Below are positions 57,395 to 64,000 of a stretch of DNA of 64,000 nt, in pieces. The notes beneath the pieces were generated by a model. That model saw only the letters and a program-made list of their open reading frames with translations, was not told the origin of the DNA and searched no databases. A program made the position numbers and the translations under genes. This stretch comes from Cyanobacteriota bacterium (lineage in GTDB: Bacteria; Cyanobacteriota; Cyanobacteriia; Thermostichales; Thermostichaceae): contig JANRIL010000001.1 in the NCBI GenBank assembly GCA_033764955.1, forward strand, positions 32,653 to 96,652, in the 5' to 3' direction. Positions within the stretch are counted from its first letter, which is position 1. Every line of letters starts with the position of its first letter.

Positions 57395-60300
57395 GATTTT
57401 GCTTTTCTCCCTCCTTATGGCTTGCCCTGTGCTGTAGTGGCTCAACGGTTTCCGTGGTGCTATGGGCTGGTGCGGCGCTAGCTCAGGTACAACCCCTGCC
57501 CACCGATATGCCTGGTTACGATCAGTTCTGGATTCAACAAACTCCCTCGCAACGAGTGGATTGGGTGCGGCGACAAACGACGACCACACCTCCCGATAAC
57601 TCGTTGGCGGATCCTCCCCAGGCATCTGAAGATAAGGTCAGTAGTTTCCCCCAACCTATCCGTGAAAACACGGCCACTGATGAACAGGCGGCTGGAGTGG
57701 GTTCAGATAGCCCACCACCACTCACCCAGCCATCCGCTACCGCCCCTCAAAATCCGGTTATTGCTTCAACTCCCAGCCCCATTTCTCCTCAGCCCCTCAC
57801 CCCGGCGGAACGGGATCAACAACGGCTAACTCGTTTGCTGGCGGATGGCCGGACGGCGTTGGCGGCTCGGCAATCGGGCAATCCTCCCCCAGCTACCCCT
57901 GCCCCTCAGCCCCTAGACCCGACTCACGCTTCTTTACCGACGCCTCCATCGGTTGAGCCTGTGACGGCGGTTACCCAGGCCAGTCATCTGCAACTGGATC
58001 CGCAACCTCAAGCCTGGGTGCGCTCCGATTCTGTCGTGGAAGCCCTGGATACGGCTTTGCTCTCCCCCCCTAGCCCTACTCTCCTCTCCCCCCCTAGCCC
58101 ACCTGTAGCCGCCCCCACCTTGGTGGCAACCTTGCCTGAGAGAAGTTTGGCTCCCTCAGTCTATGGTGCCCCAGGGGAGACATCCTTCTTAGCCTACGGG
58201 TTGCTGGAGCAGTTTCCCCTCCTCGAAACCTCCTCCCGCTCCACCCTCACCCCTGCTGTTTCCCCGCCACAACCAGCTCCCGCAGATGGGATCCTCCCCT
58301 CCCTTTGGGCGGAATTTCCGCTGTTGCAGGGAGTAAATCTGAGTAGTCAGTCTGGCTCGGCGGGGCTGCCCTCTTCTCAGGGGATCTCTCCATTACCGAT
58401 TCCCCTTGCCAACCGAGGGACAAGTCCAGGATCGACGGCCTATCACCCCGCTCTGCTGGCGGAATTTCCCCTGTTTGGAGTGAGTAGCCCCACCTCCCCA
58501 GAATTGACCGCCGCCGATCCCAAGGGATCCCAACTTCGCCAACAACTGGAAGCGAATCTGCAAGCGGATATTCCGTTGGATCCCGATCAGCTCAATGTCA
58601 CGGGAGATGTGCTCAGCTATCAAGCCGAACAACAGGTGGGAATCGCTGAGGGGAACGCACGGATTCGCCTCTCGGATGGCACCACGATTACGGGTGACAA
58701 GCTGCTGTTTTATCGCCGAGAAAAACGCCTCCGCAGTGAAGGCCCTTTCTTGTTAACGCAGCCACCGAACCGCAGCAATAAAGCTGGGAGGCAAATTCAG
58801 GGACGCAATCTTGATCTTGATATTCCCAGTCGTTCAGCTCAATTTGAAAGCTCGCTGGTGATTATGCCAGGAGAAGCTCCTGGCACCAAAGTCTATATCC
58901 GCAGCGAAGAAACCACCGCGCTGTTGGGGGATCAGATCTTTTTTGAGAATGCCACCATCACCACCTCCCCAGAAGCCCCCATCACCCATTACGTGAAAGG
59001 GGATCGGGTGGAGGTTTTCCCCGATGATCGTGTGTTAGTTTACGATGCCCGTGTATTTGGGGGCGGGAAACAGGATGCCAACGGAGATCTGGAGGCAGGG
59101 ATCCAAATAGGATACTTCCCCCTCTTTGTCTATAGCCTCAAAGACCACCAATGGATTTTGCCAGGGCAAAGCGAAGAAGAAGGCGTCTATGTCAAATCCA
59201 GTTGGGCCTATCAATTCGACCAATATAATTTTGGTGGTCTGCGGATTGATGCCATGCAAAAGAAGGGGTTAGGTTTAGGCTTTGTGCATGACTATATCCT
59301 ACCTATTCCCGATAGCACCAACTATGGTCGCGCTCAATTTTATTTGGTGACAGAAGCGGATCAAAATCGTATGTCTAGCCGTTTTCGGGTGGATCACTTT
59401 TTTGATTTTTATGCGTCAAATATTTTGGGTAACTATGGCGGCTTAAAAGGTCAACTGAATATCAATTTTGATAACACCTATCGACCCAGTGGTGGCCGCA
59501 ACGATAACGCCGATTTTCGCCTCAACACCTCCTACCGCGCCGATCTTTCCACCACTACCCTCAACATCAGCCGCACCGGATCCCAAGAGCGGGGCACCTA
59601 TAGCTTGCCAATCACCCTCAATCACAATCAGCAGTATGGGGGAGTACGCTGGCTCAAATCAGATCTACGTCTGGACTATAACCAACGCCTTACCTCTCGC
59701 GATGGCAATGTTTTTTCCGACGCTCGTTTTACCTTCAATACCCAAGCTAAGCCCCCTGGCTGGCTGGGAGATTATCAACTCACCTATCGAACCTATGGCA
59801 GTTCTAATGGAGATCGAGAATCTCGGAAAAATCTGGAGCTACGGTTCACTCCTGATGCGATTAAGTTGACACGAGATATTTCGTTTAGCACCAACTTGTT
59901 AGCCACCCAAAACCAGCAACCTGATCGAGAAAACAATCAAAAACTCAACTACTTTAACAAATATGAAATTCGCTCTAGCTTGAGGTTTAGCGAGATCAAG
60001 CCCGCCGACTGGATTAGGATCAATCCCGGATCCGTAGAATATTTTCAGGCTCTTTATTCCACTCCCGACCAAGAATCGACGGTTACCCTTAATCCCCGAT
60101 TAACCATCACTCCGGCCAAGTGGTCTAGCATTGACATGCGATATAACCGCGTTTTTAATGGCAATAATTCGGTGCCTTTTGAGAGCATCTCTAGTAATCC
60201 CAAGGATACCGACCGGATCAACGCCAATATCAGTTTCTTTACGCCCAAAAATACGCTGCCTAATGTTCCCCCCGGCTATATTGCCTTTGAGGATGATTTG

Positions 60301-60969
60301 CCCGGAGAGCTGGCGATTGCGTTGACTTTCCCCGATGATACGACCGAAGATCTAGCGGCGATTGCGGATAAGAGTCAGGCGGAATTACAGGCATCTGTGC
60401 GTAATCTTTTACGACTGGATACTACGGCGGGCTATGATTTTGTTTCCCAAAAATGGGATTTATTGAATGCTAATTTCACCTGGAATACAGCCCCCAATTT
60501 GTTCGATGTGCAGTTACAAACGGGCTATGACCTAAATAATGGGGAGTTTCGGCCCTTTCGACTGCAATATAAGGGGCGCACCACCACCACCTTTGATCGC
60601 AATTTGCGCTCCGGTTTGGACAATTATGAGCCAGGATTTAGCTACGGATTGCAGGCGGTGTATGATCCTAAAAAAGGAGAGATTTCCGACTATAGCCTCG
60701 ACCTAGATGCCACGATTGGCACGCAATGGCAAAATCACTGGCGGTTCCGACTGGGGTTAACCGAAGAGGGGATCCGGCGTGTGGAAGTGCGCCGAGATCT
60801 GCGAGATTTTGAGGTGCGGTTGGCCTATGATCCAACGGCTCAATTGCTGCGATTGGAGGGGATTCTAGTGGCTTTTCCCAGTCGTCCGGTGGGCTTGAGC
60901 CAGGAGCGGGGTGAGTTTTTGTTGACCACCCCCACCAGCAGTTTTAGTTCCGATTCCATCTTGCCCTAG
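57391..60969 (+). CDS. LptD-like outer-membrane protein with long Pro/Ser-rich N-terminal extension
   Basis: Signal peptide, OstA-like domain ('VTGDVLSY...AEGNA'), 'PGQSEEEGVYVK' barrel entry, amphipathic beta strands; follows lptF/G. Confidence 0.72.
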   Translation: MRFCFSPSLWLALCCSGSTVSVVLWAGAALAQVQPLPTDMPGYDQFWIQQTPSQRVDWVRRQTTTTPPDNSLADPPQASEDKVSSFPQPIRENTATDEQAAGVGSDSPPPLTQPSATAPQNPVIASTPSPISPQPLTPAERDQQRLTRLLADGRTALAARQSGNPPPATPAPQPLDPTHASLPTPPSVEPVTAVTQASHLQLDPQPQAWVRSDSVVEALDTALLSPPSPTLLSPPSPPVAAPTLVATLPERSLAPSVYGAPGETSFLAYGLLEQFPLLETSSRSTLTPAVSPPQPAPADGILPSLWAEFPLLQGVNLSSQSGSAGLPSSQGISPLPIPLANRGTSPGSTAYHPALLAEFPLFGVSSPTSPELTAADPKGSQLRQQLEANLQADIPLDPDQLNVTGDVLSYQAEQQVGIAEGNARIRLSDGTTITGDKLLFYRREKRLRSEGPFLLTQPPNRSNKAGRQIQGRNLDLDIPSRSAQFESSLVIMPGEAPGTKVYIRSEETTALLGDQIFFENATITTSPEAPITHYVKGDRVEVFPDDRVLVYDARVFGGGKQDANGDLEAGIQIGYFPLFVYSLKDHQWILPGQSEEEGVYVKSSWAYQFDQYNFGGLRIDAMQKKGLGLGFVHDYILPIPDSTNYGRAQFYLVTEADQNRMSSRFRVDHFFDFYASNILGNYGGLKGQLNINFDNTYRPSGGRNDNADFRLNTSYRADLSTTTLNISRTGSQERGTYSLPITLNHNQQYGGVRWLKSDLRLDYNQRLTSRDGNVFSDARFTFNTQAKPPGWLGDYQLTYRTYGSSNGDRESRKNLELRFTPDAIKLTRDISFSTNLLATQNQQPDRENNQKLNYFNKYEIRSSLRFSEIKPADWIRINPGSVEYFQALYSTPDQESTVTLNPRLTITPAKWSSIDMRYNRVFNGNNSVPFESISSNPKDTDRINANISFFTPKNTLPNVPPGYIAFEDDLPGELAIALTFPDDTTEDLAAIADKSQAELQASVRNLLRLDTTAGYDFVSQKWDLLNANFTWNTAPNLFDVQLQTGYDLNNGEFRPFRLQYKGRTTTTFDRNLRSGLDNYEPGFSYGLQAVYDPKKGEISDYSLDLDATIGTQWQNHWRFRLGLTEEGIRRVEVRRDLRDFEVRLAYDPTAQLLRLEGILVAFPSRPVGLSQERGEFLLTTPTSSFSSDSILP

Positions 60970-60999
60970 CATGGATGGACAGCAACCAGATAGGGGAGG

Positions 61000-61758
61000 A
61001 TGAGGTTGAGCAGGCAGGCAAAATGGCTACGGTGGGGCGGCGGGCTGCTGGGGGGGCTAATTCTGGCTGGATGGCTCCCGGATATGGCTTGGGCGCGTCC
61101 GGTGTTGAATGTCAGCATGACCTTGGGCTTGTCGGTGAGTGCGGATTATTGGTACGTGGTGGCGATCAGCAGTGCCAGCCAATCGGGGCCACGGGCTAAT
61201 TTGGTGGATCCCAATGTCAGCACGAGTGGGGATGCGGTGACGTTTGTGTCCGGCTGGGATCACCTGATTCGCGTCAAGCCCCTCAACAACGAAGAGGCAT
61301 TGGTGCAATCCACGATTGAAACGTCGGGATCCCCAGAGCGGGAGTTTGCCAGTGGTTTTAATGAAGTGAATCTGAGCAAAACCACTCGTGAACGGGACAC
61401 CATCAATTTGGTGATTGATTTGGAGGATCTGGGGGGGTTGGATCCCGTCAACAGTGATATCCATGTGGCGTTGCTGACCATCAACGCTCCGTTTCGGGTG
61501 GATGTGGAGGAAACCTCCCTGGCTTTAGATGCCACCAAGGGGATTAGCCCCCATTACTATCGCCTCAGTCTTTCGGATCAACGGCAGGTTTTGGTGGATG
61601 ATCCGCAACGGCAGGAAACCGTCCGACGCAGCCGCGAGCTGATCGAAAACAACAATGCGGGCGGGGTGCGGGATGTCGGCGCGCTGGTGGAAGGGGGATC
61701 CCTAGGGATTTTGGCCGCCAACATTTTGACCTTCAGTTTGGAACTGACTGAGCGCTAG
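61000..61758 (+). CDS. Exported hypothetical protein
   Basis: GGAGG RBS, signal peptide ending AWA, beta-rich body. Confidence 0.7.
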   Translation: MRLSRQAKWLRWGGGLLGGLILAGWLPDMAWARPVLNVSMTLGLSVSADYWYVVAISSASQSGPRANLVDPNVSTSGDAVTFVSGWDHLIRVKPLNNEEALVQSTIETSGSPEREFASGFNEVNLSKTTRERDTINLVIDLEDLGGLDPVNSDIHVALLTINAPFRVDVEETSLALDATKGISPHYYRLSLSDQRQVLVDDPQRQETVRRSRELIENNNAGGVRDVGALVEGGSLGILAANILTFSLELTER

Positions 61759-61761
61759 GCT

Positions 61762-62376
61762 GTGATCTCACCCATTCATCCCATTACAGCCGCTAGTTTT
61801 GCCCTGATTGATCAAGAGATTGGCGAACACGCTTGGTCAGAACCGGAGTATGGGATTGTGCGGCGAGCCATTCATGCCACGGCGGATTTTGAACTGCGGG
61901 ATTTATTTTATTTCAGTCCGACGGCGATTGCGGCGGGAATAGCGGCTTTGCAAGCCAAGTGTCCGGTGATTGTGGATGTACGGATGGTGGCGGCGGGGGT
62001 GGTGGGCGGGTTGCAGCGGCAGGGGATCCCTTGTCACTGTGCCCTGGATACTCTGGGGGATGGGGGGATCGCCGAGGGACAAACCCAAACCGCCACCGGC
62101 ATGTTGGCGTTAGCCCGCGCTTATCCTGAAGGACTTTATCTGATTGGCAACGCTCCTACGGCTCTGCTAGCGATTGTTGAGCAAATTCGTCAGCAGAAGA
62201 TGCAGCCCGCCTTGGTGGTAGGGGTGCCTGTGGGTTTTGTGGCGGTGCAGGAGGCGAAACAAGCCCTGGCCAGCCTAGAGGTTCCCCAGATTCGGGTTTT
62301 GGGGCGCAAAGGGGGATCCCCGGTGGCGGCGGCGATTCTCAATGCTCTGTTAACTTATTCAATCGGTGGTACATAG
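61762..62376 (+). CDS. cobH: Precorrin-8X/cobalt-precorrin-8 methylmutase
   Basis: 'HPI..SF..ID', 'RRAIHATAD', 'IGNAPTAL', 'PVGFV', 'GRKGGS'. Confidence 0.93.
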   Translation: MISPIHPITAASFALIDQEIGEHAWSEPEYGIVRRAIHATADFELRDLFYFSPTAIAAGIAALQAKCPVIVDVRMVAAGVVGGLQRQGIPCHCALDTLGDGGIAEGQTQTATGMLALARAYPEGLYLIGNAPTALLAIVEQIRQQKMQPALVVGVPVGFVAVQEAKQALASLEVPQIRVLGRKGGSPVAAAILNALLTYSIGGT

Positions 62377-62600
62377 GGACAAGATCATGATTCGTGATAA
62401 CTAAAATAATCTAATGAGGGGAAGGTTATGGGTAGCGTGGCAAGAGACTCTCATATTGGCAGTGGTAGAATCTCAGCCAATGGGAAATCTGCAAGATCGG
62501 ATCATTTCTGTTATTCAGAATATTCGGAATTATTTCAAAGTACCCCAAAACATATCCAGATTAGTCAGACGGGGACTGTTGTTAAGGGCGCTGGCAGCAG

Positions 62601-63731
62601 ATGAAAATCTTGGCTCAAACTGATGCCCTCAACGTTTCTTTGGTAAAAGCCTATACTGGCATCCCAGAGGCGACGGCTTGGTGTGATCGGATCCGTGGGT
62701 TATCCCCCTGCTTTATTTGCGGATTTGCCTTTACCGAAACCGCCCTGATCCCTGGCATTTCAGCGGCGGGGGCTTCTCCGCTAGCCCGTCGCTTTACGGC
62801 GCTGGCCGATGCGGAAGTCTTATTGCAGGGATTTTCCCCCCGTCTGCCCACGTCCCCAGATGGGTATCCCTCTCCAGTAGTGATTAGCCGCGCCATTCTG
62901 TCTCAATTGGACTGGTCAACCTATTTGTTTGATTGCGGCTTACCCGAATCCCTCACCGGATTGATCCGCGTCTCTGAGCAGTCGGGATCCCGCTGTTTGA
63001 GTACGGGGCAGGCGATGGATCGCTCCACGGTGCAGCACCTCTTTCAGCAGGGAAAGGAGTGGGGGCAAGCTTTAGCCAGCAGGGATAGCTATTGCGTGAT
63101 CGGGGAATGCGTAGCTGGCGGCACCACCACCGCCTTGGCGGTGCTCTTGGGGCTAGGGTGGTCGGTAGCTGGCATGGTCAATAGCAGCCATCCCATCTGC
63201 AATCACGAACAAAAATGGGCGCTAGTTCAAGAGGGATTGCGCCATCTTCCCCCCCAGGCGGATCCCTGGCAAGTGCTGGCTGCCGTCGGGGATCCCATGC
63301 AAGCGTTTGTGGCAGGTTTTGCCCTGCAAGCCTCTCAACACAACCCTGTCTTGTTGGCAGGGGGTACACAAATGCTGGCGGTGGTTGCCATCATGCAGCG
63401 TTTGGCGAGGGATATGGATATATCCTGGCAACCGCAAAATATGGTGGTGGGCACCACTCGCTGGGTGGCGGAGGATCCCACCGGACAAACGGTTCGATTA
63501 GCTGAGCTACTGGGAGAAGTTCCCCTTTTGGCGACCCAACTCAGCTTTGCATCGAGTCGCTTCGCTCCCCTGCAAGCCTATGAACGGGGCTATGTCAAGG
63601 AAGGAGTGGGAGCGGGGGGGCTTTCCCTAGCTGCTAGTTTGTCCGCAGGTTGGCAGCAAGAGGATTTATTGACAGCCATTGAAGGAGTGTATGAACAATG
63701 GCTATCCTATGGGCGGAGCAGGGATCCCTAA
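62601..63731 (+). CDS. cobT: Nicotinate-nucleotide:base phosphoribosyltransferase (archaeal/cyanobacterial CobT type)
   Basis: 'IPGISAAG', 'GECVAGGTTTA', 'LAGGTQM', 'KEGVGAGG'. Confidence 0.88.
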   Translation: MKILAQTDALNVSLVKAYTGIPEATAWCDRIRGLSPCFICGFAFTETALIPGISAAGASPLARRFTALADAEVLLQGFSPRLPTSPDGYPSPVVISRAILSQLDWSTYLFDCGLPESLTGLIRVSEQSGSRCLSTGQAMDRSTVQHLFQQGKEWGQALASRDSYCVIGECVAGGTTTALAVLLGLGWSVAGMVNSSHPICNHEQKWALVQEGLRHLPPQADPWQVLAAVGDPMQAFVAGFALQASQHNPVLLAGGTQMLAVVAIMQRLARDMDISWQPQNMVVGTTRWVAEDPTGQTVRLAELLGEVPLLATQLSFASSRFAPLQAYERGYVKEGVGAGGLSLAASLSAGWQQEDLLTAIEGVYEQWLSYGRSRDP

Positions 63732-63860
63732 TTGCTTTACAAGGGTGAAGTTGTGCGGCGGTAGCCAAGTTTGAATACTCACCGATCACCTCTGTTCCGT
63801 CCGCACCAACGCAGTGTTATGGTTGATTTACTTAACAATGAGAATAGCAAAAACTCTACA

Positions 63861-64000
63861 GGGCACATCGATAAATCAATCGAGGGATTTAGCTGGCGAC
63901 ATTCTATAGTTTATGAGATTGTTTAAGGAGATAAATCATAAGGATAGCAATGGGTCAGCAGGGATTTTGGGATCTAGAGAAACGAAAAGAAAAGCTTACG
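63861..64000 (+). mobile_element. Left end of a second IS5-family element (transposase starts at 63950, truncated by the window)
   Basis: GGGCACATCGATAAAT terminal-repeat-like sequence, then ATG giving MGQQGFWDLEKRKEKLT, typical of cyanobacterial IS5-group transposase N-termini. Confidence 0.65.

Larger units (their letters stand above)
1..64000. repeat. Highly iterated palindrome GGGATCCC (HIP1 variant)
   Basis: Many dozens of copies in genes and intergenic DNA; canonical GCGATCGC is seen only occasionally. Confidence 0.95.

Noticed and set aside
62414..62623. 69-aa ORF between cobH and cobT, or a cobalamin riboswitch
   Set aside because: No recognisable protein family, and no B12-box motifs seen.
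127..63505. Numerous short antisense or alternate-frame ORFs in the track (e.g. 12164-12895, 29796-30461, 40749-41402, 48741-49349)
   Set aside because: They are shadows of well-supported genes, with no family motifs.

Overview
This is a 64-kb stretch of cyanobacterial chromosome, identified by petN, ndhP, petJ, ftrV, cmpABCD and a 6Sa-type 6S RNA. It is saturated with the palindrome GGGATCCC rather than canonical HIP1 (GCGATCGC), which points to the hot-spring Synechococcus/Thermostichus lineage or a relative. The left ~3.2 kb is the right end of an integrative element next to the 3' end of tRNA-Ile2(CAT): a DUF3987-type replication protein with an iteron-like repeat array, an excisionase-like HTH and a tyrosine integrase. 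Next comes a copper module (YcnJ/CopCD, YcnI, a TPR protein, cytochrome c6) in which ycnI and petJ share the same GTCAAAAGAC-N5-GTCAA upstream motif. The rest is mostly core genome: nrdR, an FeS photolyase, ftsH, a CC-adding enzyme, rsmB, mntCAB with ManR-type boxes, cmpABCD extended by two uncharacterised metal-binding genes, a threonine-synthase-like gene paired with a sulfur carrier, pth, moaB, ychF, an unusual Lpt-like operon and cobH/cobT. There is also a complete IS5-family element inserted into overlapping stop codons, the start of a second IS5 at the right edge, and a Uma2 pseudogene. No CRISPR array or rRNA was seen. Family assignments are from motif recognition, not database searches.
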